Source of the DNA: Alphaproteobacteria bacterium | Lineage (GTDB): Bacteria > Pseudomonadota > Alphaproteobacteria > SP197 | Assembly (NCBI GenBank): GCA_965228895.1 | Contig: OZ245842.1 | Coordinates: 2,912,001 to 2,976,000, forward strand | Length of the DNA stretch: 64,000 bases | Direction: 5' to 3' | Shown here: positions 17,930-27,315 of the stretch, piece after piece | Numbering within the stretch: the first letter of the stretch is position 1 | Layout of the letters: each line of letters starts with the position of its first letter | The notes under the pieces: model-generated | Databases searched by the model: none | Seen by the model: the letters and a program-made list of their open reading frames with translations, nothing else | What the model was told of the DNA's origin: nothing | Made by a program: the position numbers and the translations under genes

Positions 17930-19842
17930 GGCTCGACCGCCTCCAGCATCAGTTCGGCGATATCGACGACCTGGGGCCGTGGCTCGACGACGCCTTCCAG
18001 CATCTGCATGCAGTTGGGGCATGCGACCACCACCCTCTCGGCACCGGTCTCGCGTGCCTGATCCATGCGCAGGTCCGAGATCCGCGCCTTGCCGGGGATG
18101 TCGGTGACCGGCGCGCCGCCACCTCCACCGCAGCAGAACGAGCGCAGGCCCGACCGTTCCATTTCACGTCGCTCCAGACCGAGCGCATCGATCAGATCGC
18201 GCGGCGCGTCGATCTCTCCGTTGTAGCGGCCGAGATAGCAGGGATCGTGATAGGTGACCGTGCCCTCAATCGGGTGCACGACATCAAGTCGCTTGTCGGC
18301 GGTCAAGGTCGCCAGGAGCTGCGTGTGGTGCAGCACCTCATAGTGTCCGCCAAAGTCGGGGTATTCGTTCTTCAGGCAGTGCAGCACGTGAGGATCGGCG
18401 GTCACGATCCGTTTCACGCCCCGACTTTCCAGCGTCGCGATGTTTTCTTTGGCCAGACGCTGGAACGTCGCCTCGTCGCCCAAACGCCGCGATAGATCAC
18501 CACAGTCTTTTTCGGCATCGCCGAGCACCGCGACCTCGATGCCCGCGAGGCGCAACAGCTTGACGAGCGCGCGTAGAGTCCGCTGATTGCGCCGGTCGTA
18601 CCCGCCATCGCCCAGCCACAAGAGCCAGTCGTGATCGCTGGCCTCATGCGCGATCTGAAGCGAAAGGTCGCTCGCCCAATCCAAACGCTCACTGAGCGCC
18701 CGGCCACCGGGATTGTCGGCCAAGCGTGTCTCTTCCAGCACGTCCGGTCCGTGGCCCGGCACCCTGCCCTCTTCGAGTGTGAGGAACCGGCGCAGATCGA
18801 CCATGGCGTCGACATGCTCGATCATCATGGGGCATTCATAGACGCACGCCCGGCAGGTGGTGCACGCCCAGATCGTCTGCTCGGGCACCAGGTTGCCGGC
18901 GATCAGGCCGCCGGTACCGTGCCGGCGCGCGCCGAGCGCAATGCCTGGATAAGGCTGGCCCGTATAGGTCACGTCGTTGGCGTTGCGGCTGGTGCCGGCA
19001 ATCAGGTCCTGGACGAACTTCTTGGGCGTCAATGGCTGGCCCGCGGCAAACGCCGGGCACGCCGCTTCGCACCGGCCGCACGAGACGCAGGCATCGAAGC
19101 CGAGCAACTGGTTCCACGCGAACTCACCGATCGTGCCGACACCGAGCGGGCCCTTGTCCAGGTCGAGCGGCTTGAGCGCCGCATCCGGCGCCTTGCTCCT
19201 GAAGCGCGCCTGGCGCGGATGCCATGCCAGATGCAGCGCGCCAGCGATCGCGTGCCGCATGGGGCCATAGGGCCCGAGGGCAATCAGATCGAGCAGAATC
19301 CAGATTGCGACCAGCATGCCGATAAAGATGAGGAGATCGGGCTCCCACGCCTGATAGAGGTTCGCAACGTTGACCAGACCAAAAAACACGGCAAACGCCA
19401 TCAACACGAATGGCAAGACACCCCAGCGCCCCCCGGACAATCGTGCCGGACGCTGGGGCCACCTTCGTGCCAATGCCAGGAGTGCACCAACGATCATCGC
19501 GGCAAGCGCCGCCAACAGGAGGTAGCGGGTTACATGCGTCGCCAGACCCAACAAATGAACGATGGGAATGAGAATAAGCGCCGCAACAAACCCACCGGCC
19601 ACCGGCACATGCAGACGGGCGGCCTGCTTGTCGCGCGAGACAACATGGTGAACGTCAATCAGGTAGCGCGCGGGGATCCTGAGCAGACTGCCGCCGCTCG
19701 CTATGTTACGGCCACGATACCACCGTCGCGAACGCGCAAAGATGGCAAGAAGGCAACCTGCAATGGCCACCAGGAAGAAAATGCCCGGCCAATAAAGCAA
19801 GAAGTAAAAGGCCCACACAGATCCAAACGGTGGTTCAAGCAT
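17926..19842 (-). CDS. dgcB: DgcB-like membrane Fe-S oxidoreductase (DUF3483 + 4Fe-4S + CCG domains)
   Basis: CVSCGRCEAACP, CTTCRACVYECP, YHDPCYLGRYN, CCGGGGG, ACPNC; N-terminal TM segments. Confidence 0.85.
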   Translation of the reverse strand: MLEPPFGSVWAFYFLLYWPGIFFLVAIAGCLLAIFARSRRWYRGRNIASGGSLLRIPARYLIDVHHVVSRDKQAARLHVPVAGGFVAALILIPIVHLLGLATHVTRYLLLAALAAMIVGALLALARRWPQRPARLSGGRWGVLPFVLMAFAVFFGLVNVANLYQAWEPDLLIFIGMLVAIWILLDLIALGPYGPMRHAIAGALHLAWHPRQARFRSKAPDAALKPLDLDKGPLGVGTIGEFAWNQLLGFDACVSCGRCEAACPAFAAGQPLTPKKFVQDLIAGTSRNANDVTYTGQPYPGIALGARRHGTGGLIAGNLVPEQTIWACTTCRACVYECPMMIEHVDAMVDLRRFLTLEEGRVPGHGPDVLEETRLADNPGGRALSERLDWASDLSLQIAHEASDHDWLLWLGDGGYDRRNQRTLRALVKLLRLAGIEVAVLGDAEKDCGDLSRRLGDEATFQRLAKENIATLESRGVKRIVTADPHVLHCLKNEYPDFGGHYEVLHHTQLLATLTADKRLDVVHPIEGTVTYHDPCYLGRYNGEIDAPRDLIDALGLERREMERSGLRSFCCGGGGGAPVTDIPGKARISDLRMDQARETGAERVVVACPNCMQMLEGVVEPRPQVVDIAELMLEAVEP

Positions 19843-21877
19843 CGCGCATCAAGCGTCGGGCATCGTAAAGGGCGGCGTGGATGTTGCGCCCGGCGACACA
19901 GTCGCCGATGCGGAAGAGCTGGAATCGTCCGGCATCGTTGTTGACGATGGCCTGCGCCCGCCCCTCGATCAACGCGTCGAGGTCGACCTCGCCCAGGTTC
20001 GATGAATGGGGTTTGAGCGCGAAGTAGAGATCGTCGACCGGCAGCGTGCCGTGTTCGCCGACCACCTGATCGACCAGGCGTTCTTCTTCCACCAAGGAGA
20101 ACTCGTTGCGCAGGGTGGCGCGCAGCTTGTTGCCGTCGCGCCTGATCGCGGTAAGCCGCAGGCTGGGCGTCATGACGATGCCAAGCCGGTACATCTCCGC
20201 CAGATGCACCGAGAAGTTCGTCGAGCCCATTTCTTCGGCGACCATGCGGTCGGGCGTCGCGAGCTCCACTTGCGACCCGCGCGTTGCCATAAACTGGGCA
20301 ACGCTCGGTCCCTGATGCTGGCCGTTGTCGTCGTGCAGCAGCACGTTTTCACCGGGCTCGACCGCGCCCGACAGCACATCCCAGGCCGAGACCGCGAGGT
20401 CGTTGCCGCCGAACAAGCCCTTGTTCGGACGCCCACCGGTCGCGACGACAACAAGGTCCGGCTCGTCCGCCTCGACGGCCTCGCGCGTCGCCGCCGCGCT
20501 CAGGCGCAGGTCGATCGGTTGCTTCTCAACCTGTTGGGCCAGCCAGCGGGTGATACCGGAGAGGTTCTCGCGCCACACCGCGCGCGCCGCCAGGTTGACC
20601 TGGCCGCCGAGCCGGTCGGCCTTTTCGTAGAGCACGACATCGTGGCCGCGCTCGGCCGCCGCGCGTGCCGCCTCCATGCCCGCGACCCCGCCGCCGGCGA
20701 CGACGATGCGACGTTTGCCTTGGGCCCTGGGCAGTACGTGGGGCAGGCTCTGTTCGCGCCCGGTCGACGGGTTCTGGATGCACAGGGCATCGCCGCCGAC
20801 GTAGATACGGTCGATGCAGTAGTTGGCGCCGACGCACTGGCGCACATCGTCAACGCGATCCTCCGACAGTTTCTTCATGAGGTGCGGGTCGGCCATGTGA
20901 GCGCGCGTCATGGCGATCATGTCGACATGGCCTTCGGCGACCGCACGATCGGCGGTTGCCAGATCGGCGATCCGTCCGGCATGGAACACCGTGACATCGC
21001 AAGCCTGCTTGACCGCGCTGGGCAGATAGAGGAACGCCGCCGGCGGGTACGCCATGTTGGGGATCATGACGGCCAACGCATGATGGGTTTCGGTGTTGCC
21101 GTGCATGACGTTCATAACGTCGACCAGACCGGAATCGGCGTAGCGCTTCAAAACGCCGATCATCTCTTCCTGGGTCAACCCGCCATCGAGCAGCGAGTCG
21201 CCGGTCACGCGCAGCGAGATGATGAAGTCGTCGCCAACCGAGCGCCGGACTTCCTGCATCACCAGATGGCCAAAGCGTTCGCGGTTCTCCAAGCTGCCGC
21301 CCCATTCGTCGTCGCGCAGGTTGTTGGACGGTGTCAGGAACTGTTCGACCAGGTGGGAGGCATCGAACATCATCTCGACGCCGTCCAGGCCGCCTTCCTT
21401 GCAGCGCGCCGCGGCCTCGCCGAACGCCTTGATGATGCGTTCGATGTCGAAGTCTTCGATCTCCTTGGCGAAGGCGCGGTGGGCGGGCTCGCGCATCTGG
21501 GTCGGCGCGACGAGCGGCAGCCAGTCGGCGGTGTCCCAGCGGTTGCGTTTTCCCATGTGGGTGATCTGGCACATCAGCGCCGCGCCCTCGTCGTGGACCC
21601 GCCGCGAGAACTCCTGGAAAAAGGGGATGACCCGGTCCTCGCTGACCGAGATCTGGCCGAACGCCTCGGCCGAACTGTCAGGTGCGACCGAGGCCGACCC
21701 GCCGAACATGGTAAGCCCAATGCCGCCCTTGGCCTTCTCCAAATGATAGAGCTGGTATCGTTCGCCCGGCATGCCGGCATCCGCATAGGCCGGCGCATGG
21801 CTCGTGCTCATGACCCGGTTGCGGATCGTGATGTTCTTGATGGTGAGCGGTTTGAGCAGCGCCTCGAACTGTGCCAT
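19835..21877 (-). CDS. dgcA: Old-yellow-enzyme/TMADH-family NADH:flavin oxidoreductase, DgcA/StcD-like N-demethylase
   Basis: IRNRVMSTSH, EKAKGGIGL, TRAHMADPH, CVGANYC..C Fe-S motif, GGGVAG, RIGDCVAGRNIHAA; sits directly upstream of dgcB-ETF. Confidence 0.72.
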   Translation of the reverse strand: MAQFEALLKPLTIKNITIRNRVMSTSHAPAYADAGMPGERYQLYHLEKAKGGIGLTMFGGSASVAPDSSAEAFGQISVSEDRVIPFFQEFSRRVHDEGAALMCQITHMGKRNRWDTADWLPLVAPTQMREPAHRAFAKEIEDFDIERIIKAFGEAAARCKEGGLDGVEMMFDASHLVEQFLTPSNNLRDDEWGGSLENRERFGHLVMQEVRRSVGDDFIISLRVTGDSLLDGGLTQEEMIGVLKRYADSGLVDVMNVMHGNTETHHALAVMIPNMAYPPAAFLYLPSAVKQACDVTVFHAGRIADLATADRAVAEGHVDMIAMTRAHMADPHLMKKLSEDRVDDVRQCVGANYCIDRIYVGGDALCIQNPSTGREQSLPHVLPRAQGKRRIVVAGGGVAGMEAARAAAERGHDVVLYEKADRLGGQVNLAARAVWRENLSGITRWLAQQVEKQPIDLRLSAAATREAVEADEPDLVVVATGGRPNKGLFGGNDLAVSAWDVLSGAVEPGENVLLHDDNGQHQGPSVAQFMATRGSQVELATPDRMVAEEMGSTNFSVHLAEMYRLGIVMTPSLRLTAIRRDGNKLRATLRNEFSLVEEERLVDQVVGEHGTLPVDDLYFALKPHSSNLGEVDLDALIEGRAQAIVNNDAGRFQLFRIGDCVAGRNIHAALYDARRLMRDA

Positions 21878-21934
21878 GGCCGGATTGTCACCGGCGTGGC
21901 GCCGAATGCAAGCGGACCTTGACGCCGGAATCGG

Positions 21935-22074
21935 CTAGAGCAGATCCGGGTTTGATGGGATCGCTTCGCGATTCCATCAAGGCAGGTGAATCTGCTCTAC
22001 TCTTAGATAGAGAGCGGATTCACATGGTTAGGTGGAACCGTCTGACGGTTCCACCTAACCATGATCCGCTCTAA
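21935..22074. repeat. RIME/REP-like intergenic double-hairpin element
   Basis: Hairpin 1 TAGAGCAGAT...ATCTGCTCTA (21936-21999); hairpin 2 AGAGCGGAT...ATCCGCTCT, containing a perfect 20-bp inverted repeat with a 1-nt centre (22023-22063). Confidence 0.8.
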
Positions 22075-22107
22075 GGTCGAGTCGCCATCGAATTGGGGGA
22101 GGCAAAC

Positions 22108-22593
22108 ATGGTGAGCGAAGCATTCTCCGCCGAGGGCGGCTGTCTGTGCGGCGAGGTCCGCTACCGCATGACGTCGAACCCCCTGTTCGTCCATTGCTGC
22201 CACTGCACGCGCTGCCAGCGGGGCACCGGTTCGGCGTTCGTCCTGAACGCGATGATCGAGGCCGACCGGGTCGCGCTGATGCAGGGCAGCCCCGAGGTCG
22301 TGCCCGTGACGGCGCCCAACGGCAACGTCCACAGCATCTCTCGCTGCCCGACCTGCGAGGTGGCGGTCTGGAGCACCTATTCAGGTGCCGGCGACAAGAT
22401 CTATTTCGTGCGGGTCGGCACCCTGGACGAGCCCCATCGCGTGCCGCCGGACATCCACATCTTCACCTCGACCAAGCAGCCGTGGGTGCAGTTGCCCGAC
22501 GACGTCCCGGTGATGGAGGAATACTACAGTGCCAAGAAGTACTGGCCTCAGGAAAGCCTGGAGCGGTTCGCGGTGCTCAAAGGAAGGGCGTGA
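22108..22593 (+). CDS. GFA family protein
   Basis: GGCLCGEVRY, CCHCTRCQR, RCPTC, VRVGTLD, PPDIHIFT. Confidence 0.9.
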   Translation: MVSEAFSAEGGCLCGEVRYRMTSNPLFVHCCHCTRCQRGTGSAFVLNAMIEADRVALMQGSPEVVPVTAPNGNVHSISRCPTCEVAVWSTYSGAGDKIYFVRVGTLDEPHRVPPDIHIFTSTKQPWVQLPDDVPVMEEYYSAKKYWPQESLERFAVLKGRA

Positions 22594-22675
22594 TAGTTCA
22601 CGTTGCGTGATTCCTACGCTAGTCTCCCAAAACTAATGCAACTATCAAGTTTGACGATGTTTAGGGAGGTCGTGA

Positions 22676-23047
22676 ATGGCGCTGATCAAACCCGCGCTTT
22701 TGGCCATTTGTACAGTTCTGGCCGTCTCAGGATGCGCCGGCACCGAGGGAACGCCGGTTGCGGTTAAGCAAATCCTTGAAGAGAAGTACATCGGTAAGCA
22801 CGTAGATGAGGCTTTCCTCGATCTAGGGCCGGCAGACGAAAGGGAACAATTAAGTAGCGGAAACTATCTGTACTCTTGGACCAGGCAGAGCAACAAGTAC
22901 GACACCAACCTGTTTATCAAGTCCGATGAGCGTTGTTCGATCAGCATCATGGCCGACAAGGACGGTATCGTCAGGAAGATTGGTACAGTTGACGACAGCC
23001 TGGGCGCTTGGGAGATCAGCTACTGTAAAGAGCAGTTCAGTTTGTAA
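22676..23047 (+). CDS. Hypothetical lipoprotein
   Basis: GGGAGG SD; signal peptide ending in lipobox VSG-C; lower GC. Confidence 0.75.
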   Translation: MALIKPALLAICTVLAVSGCAGTEGTPVAVKQILEEKYIGKHVDEAFLDLGPADEREQLSSGNYLYSWTRQSNKYDTNLFIKSDERCSISIMADKDGIVRKIGTVDDSLGAWEISYCKEQFSL

Positions 23048-23109
23048 AGCCATGGCACGGCGCTTGGCAGCGCGCTTTGATGCGGAAACCGAGCACCCAG
23101 TCGACCGAC

Positions 23110-23616
23110 CTACCCGTGCATTTGCAGCTTGCGGCGTCGCGCGACGCGGCGGCTTAGCAGCCAAACCAGAATGACCAAGGCAAGTAGGTTGATCGAAACC
23201 GTCGCAACCGGACCGGCGGCGCCGGCGGCGGGTGCGGATATGTCGGCGGCGGCCACCAAAGTCTCGAAGCTGAACTCGAAACCATCGCCTCTGAATCCAA
23301 CACCCACATAGGGCCCGCTGATAAAGAAGAGCCAGAGAGACGCCGTTTTGACCTGCACGAGTTGCAAGACCTGATTGATCATCGATAGGACGACGCCGGA
23401 ACTTTTTAGCCGCAGTAGTTGGATGCCCGCGATGATGCTGTTGAGAAACAGCACGACGAAAAGAGCAAGAATGAAAACGTTGAGGATCGGCTGTGTCGAG
23501 AGGCCGCCGACCGCCCTCAAGAGCAGAAGCAATCCGTAGGCGCCGCCCGCGATCTGGATAACGGCAATAACCAGTGCGATGGCAAAGGCTGGTCCGGTTT
23601 CCTTGGCGCTTGTCAT
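23110..23616 (-). CDS. Hypothetical membrane protein
   Basis: About four hydrophobic segments; fills the gap between genes. Confidence 0.65.
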   Translation of the reverse strand: MTSAKETGPAFAIALVIAVIQIAGGAYGLLLLLRAVGGLSTQPILNVFILALFVVLFLNSIIAGIQLLRLKSSGVVLSMINQVLQLVQVKTASLWLFFISGPYVGVGFRGDGFEFSFETLVAAADISAPAAGAAGPVATVSINLLALVILVWLLSRRVARRRKLQMHG

Positions 23617-23733
23617 CTCGTCACCCCCCTGTTGCCGGCATCGGCACACGTCGACCCATCGTAGGATTGTTTCGTCGAGCGAAAAGGCAAACTTTTAGGA
23701 GACTTCCAACGCAGGCCCCTGGCCGGCGGCACC

Positions 23734-24732
23734 CTACTGCATCATCAGCGGGTGGGCGGGCGTCGAGAGCGCCATGTGCAGGAGCGAGGCGCCAAACGCC
23801 AGGACGATAAGCCCGCCGGCCAGCGCGATGACATCGACAGCGGCGCCGACGCGCTGGCCGCTCTCCGGCAGACGATCGGCGAGGCGCAGCGAAAAGCCGC
23901 GTGCGTAAACCGCCAGCACCGCGAGGATTGAGACGGTCAGCGCGGTGCCGATCGACATGGCAAGCACGGCAGCCATGCCGCTCCAGGTCAGGTTCAGGGC
24001 ATAGGCCAGCAGCAGGACCAGGATCGCGCCGCTGCACGGGCGCAAACCGATCGAGACGATAACACCGAAACCCTTGCGCCAGGACGCGCCGCCCTTGATA
24101 TCGCGGGGGTCGGGCATGTGGCTGTGACCGCAGTGATCATGCCCCTCGCCATGACCGGCCTCGCCATGATGGTGGTGGCCGTGACCACCGGAACGGCGGC
24201 GCCAGAGCCGGCGCAATGCCGACACCACCAGCACGAGACCGAGCAGCAGCACGGCGGCGTAGCTGGCTGTCTCGAAATGGCCGGCGGTTCGCTGGGCGCC
24301 ACGCAGCGGCAGATCGAGCAGTGTTACCGTTACCTCGACGGCGATGATGGCGACGATGCCTTGGGTTAGGGCCGCCAGAAACGAGAGTGCCACGCCACGG
24401 CGCAGCTCGCTCTCCTGGGTCAACAGATAGGTGGCGATGACGACCTTGCCGTGACCGGGGCCGACCGCGTGGAAAACGCCATAAAGGAAGCTCAAGCCGA
24501 TCAGGCCCCAGGCCGCCCAGATTCCGTGCTCGCCGACCGCCCTTACCGCGAACGCCAGGCGGTCGTGCAGGTCGCGCTGCATGGTCTGCACCCAGCCAAC
24601 CAGCTGTGACCACGGATTGTCGACGAAGGCATAGAGCAGAGCGACGAGCGCGGCCGCCACCAGCAAAGCGGCGACCGGCAACCATGCGACCGGCAGGGGC
24701 CGGCCAGTCAGTCGCAGGTTACGTGAACCCAT
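23734..24732 (-). CDS. Nickel/cobalt transporter (NicO/RcnA/ZevB-like)
   Basis: YGVFHAVGPGHGK, His-rich loop, GLRPCSGA; start uncertain. Confidence 0.88.
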   Translation of the reverse strand: MGSRNLRLTGRPLPVAWLPVAALLVAAALVALLYAFVDNPWSQLVGWVQTMQRDLHDRLAFAVRAVGEHGIWAAWGLIGLSFLYGVFHAVGPGHGKVVIATYLLTQESELRRGVALSFLAALTQGIVAIIAVEVTVTLLDLPLRGAQRTAGHFETASYAAVLLLGLVLVVSALRRLWRRRSGGHGHHHHGEAGHGEGHDHCGHSHMPDPRDIKGGASWRKGFGVIVSIGLRPCSGAILVLLLAYALNLTWSGMAAVLAMSIGTALTVSILAVLAVYARGFSLRLADRLPESGQRVGAAVDVIALAGGLIVLAFGASLLHMALSTPAHPLMMQ

Positions 24733-25379
24733 TCAGCGAACATCGAGCCCAAGTCTGAGGGTCCGGTCTGCGTGCGGTCGAGCGCCGACGCCAAAGCGAC
24801 AGCCTCAAAGGTCGGATCGGCCGCCTCGGTCAGCGCGATGCAAGTGCCGGTTTCCCCGCCGCGCAACATCACCGGATCACCTTCCAGATGAACCATTTCG
24901 ATGTAGTAACTGGGATCGTAGATCGAATAGCTGACGATTTGCGCATTCGGGTCGACCGGTTCGGCGAGCTCGACGACGAACCGCAGCCAAAGCCGCTCGT
25001 CGCGCATTTCGGTTTCGTACTCCAGGATCTCGCCGATCGCCACGGTGTCACCATCGGCGATCATCTGCGTGAAATAGTCGTAGTCCGCCAAGCTTGTCAG
25101 ATTGATCTCGGCGAGTTCGTCGAGCACCTCCTGAAGCGGCCGGTCCTCCATCGCCAGTTCTTCGGCGATCAGACCGGAATAGAAGTAATCGAAGAACCAC
25201 TCCTGTTCGATCGCCGTGATCCGGCCGTCCTCATCGAACAGCAGACCACTTCTAAGATCGATCCAGGCGTGGGGGTGGGAGGTCGCGGGCTCTCCCGGCA
25301 TCGCGATCAAGAGCGCCGTAAGGGCCGCCACAAGGAAACGTGGCAACGTAACGACATGCGACAGGCTGCGACGCGTCAT
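24708..25379 (-). CDS. DUF1007 / ZevA-like periplasmic metal-binding protein
   Basis: Signal peptide then HPHAWID, W.FD..YS, YDPSYYI; coupled to the Ni/Co transporter. Confidence 0.82.
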   Translation of the reverse strand: MTRRSLSHVVTLPRFLVAALTALLIAMPGEPATSHPHAWIDLRSGLLFDEDGRITAIEQEWFFDYFYSGLIAEELAMEDRPLQEVLDELAEINLTSLADYDYFTQMIADGDTVAIGEILEYETEMRDERLWLRFVVELAEPVDPNAQIVSYSIYDPSYYIEMVHLEGDPVMLRGGETGTCIALTEAADPTFEAVALASALDRTQTGPSDLGSMFAEWVHVTCD

Positions 25380-25505
25380 GAACACGCAATTGTTCGAAAT
25401 GATCCGATCCCCTACCAAACGCGGCCGAACTCTATCGCAAGCCAGCCATCGTTGCACATCACGTTCAGAGACCTAACCGCGGCGTGAGTCCGAAATGTGG
25501 CGGCG

Positions 25506-26021
25506 CTATGAAACGCGCCACAGCGTGACCGCCGGGCCGTCCGCGCCCATAAGCGGGTCGGATACCGGTAAGGCGACAGCCTCGATGCTCGCGCGGATGG
25601 CGTTCTTTTGGGGCTCGTGCTCACGCTTGATGTCGGGCGCCTGGCCCGGCGGATAGGCGCCGACGACGGACAGACCCGGCGCATCGTCCAACCGGCGATG
25701 GCCGACGCCGGCCGGGATCACCGCCGCATCGCCCGCCTCGACATCGAACACCGGTCCTTCCGGCCCGCCGAACTGGATGCGCGCGCTACCCTTGGCGATG
25801 CCGACGACTTCGTGCGCCTCGGCGTGATAATGATGAAAGTCGAAGATGACGCCGCCGCGCCAGCCGTCGCCCCAGCCGTTCTCGCGGAAAACCGTCTCGA
25901 ACGCACCGTCGGGATCGTCACCGGCGACATCGACGGCGCCCTTATAGAGAATCAGTGGCAGACGCCCGTTGTTCGGGATGTCGCCGTCATCGGTCAGAAC
26001 CTGATGGATTACTTCGGCCAT
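25506..26021 (-). CDS. Cupin domain protein (YjlB-like)
   Basis: IPNN.RLP, FHHYH..AHEV, GD...IPAGVGH, VVGAYP. Confidence 0.85.
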   Translation of the reverse strand: MAEVIHQVLTDDGDIPNNGRLPLILYKGAVDVAGDDPDGAFETVFRENGWGDGWRGGVIFDFHHYHAEAHEVVGIAKGSARIQFGGPEGPVFDVEAGDAAVIPAGVGHRRLDDAPGLSVVGAYPPGQAPDIKREHEPQKNAIRASIEAVALPVSDPLMGADGPAVTLWRVS

Positions 26022-26228
26022 GGTGTCGCTCCTTCGCCGGTCTGTACCAAGAGCCTGAAGCCAAGCGTTTCTGCGGTCAACCGTGCACCCGGCGATCACG
26101 CGACCGGCCGTACCCCCAATGAATTCGACCGAATTCTTGCTCAGACCTGAGCCCAAATCTAACCTATGGTGTTGCAGCAATAAAGGTTAACAACCTGGAG
26201 CCGCACCGGCGCGGTACCCGGTGAGCAC

Positions 26229-27227
26229 GTGAGCGACACACAACGAAGTTTCGGCCCTTGGGCCGGGTTGACCTTGCCGCGCCTTGTGCGGTTGCCGGCC
26301 GCGTTGGTTCTGGTCCTTGGGCTCGGCGCCTGCGCTGGCGCGATCCATCAGCTCCCACAGATCACCGAGGCGGATGTCAATCGGGCGACCTCGGAGATTC
26401 AAAACGCCGAGGGGCTTCACGTCACCAAACGTACGGTCGCAGAGAACCGCGCCATCGTCATGCGCGTCGCGGCACGCCTGCAGCAGTCTGCCGGCGAGAT
26501 TTGCCGTCACGTCGACAGTCCGACATGCCGCTTCCATGTGGTGTTCGATCCAAGCCTTGAACTCGACGCCTATGCCCACGGCGACAACCGCATCACCATC
26601 ACCCAGGGCCTTGCCAGACACCTGGAAACCGAGTCCGAGTTTGCGACGGTAATCGCCCACGAGATGGGCCATCACATGAACGATCACATAACAAAGCTGC
26701 AGGAGAACGCGGTCGCCGGCGCCCTTATCTCAGGCGTCTTGTTCGGCGTGATTGCCGTGGGCACAGGCGCCTACGAGGTCGACCCCACCGGCACAGCGGA
26801 CACCATGAACGAGGCAATGCAGTTGGGCAGTGGTCTCGGCGTGCTTTCCTATAGCAAGGAGCATGAACGCGAAGCCGACTACATCGCAGCCTACATCATG
26901 GCTCGCGCGGGCTATGATCTGCACGACGGCCGCATGCTTTGGGCGAAGCTGACCCGCCAGTCCGAGAACTACGAAACCGGCCTCTTCGACACACACCCCT
27001 CCGGTCCCGACCGGCTGGCAGCCTGGGACGTCACGGTCATGGAGGTCGAGCGAAGTCCGGACTTGCTTCCCAACCTGATCGGCGAAACAGACGAGGTGTT
27101 ATCCGCAACAACCCCGGCCGTCAGCGACGGCAGCAATGTCGTGCAAAAACAAACAAAAACATCGTCAACCACCAAGAGCGTGAATGTGGATTCGGCTGAG
27201 CGGCCATCCAAACCCGCCGCCCCCTGA
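26229..27227 (+). CDS. M48-family zinc metalloprotease, probable lipoprotein
   Basis: AHEMGH zinc motif, YSKEHEREAD, THPS; LGAC lipobox. Confidence 0.85.
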   Translation: MSDTQRSFGPWAGLTLPRLVRLPAALVLVLGLGACAGAIHQLPQITEADVNRATSEIQNAEGLHVTKRTVAENRAIVMRVAARLQQSAGEICRHVDSPTCRFHVVFDPSLELDAYAHGDNRITITQGLARHLETESEFATVIAHEMGHHMNDHITKLQENAVAGALISGVLFGVIAVGTGAYEVDPTGTADTMNEAMQLGSGLGVLSYSKEHEREADYIAAYIMARAGYDLHDGRMLWAKLTRQSENYETGLFDTHPSGPDRLAAWDVTVMEVERSPDLLPNLIGETDEVLSATTPAVSDGSNVVQKQTKTSSTTKSVNVDSAERPSKPAAP

Positions 27228-27315
27228 TTTCTGTCAATTGCTTCACCTGATCATCCGAGGCCGATAGGATCTACGGCACGATCATACCTTCGCCCAACGG
27301 CGCTCGGGACCCCAC

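Noticed and set aside
21935-22074. CRISPR array or tRNA
   Set aside because: Only inverted repeats; no repeat-spacer periodicity, cloverleaf or cas genes
23048-23109. A third gene-tail duplication after the lipoprotein gene
   Set aside because: Compared by eye with the ends of the neighbouring genes; no convincing nucleotide similarity
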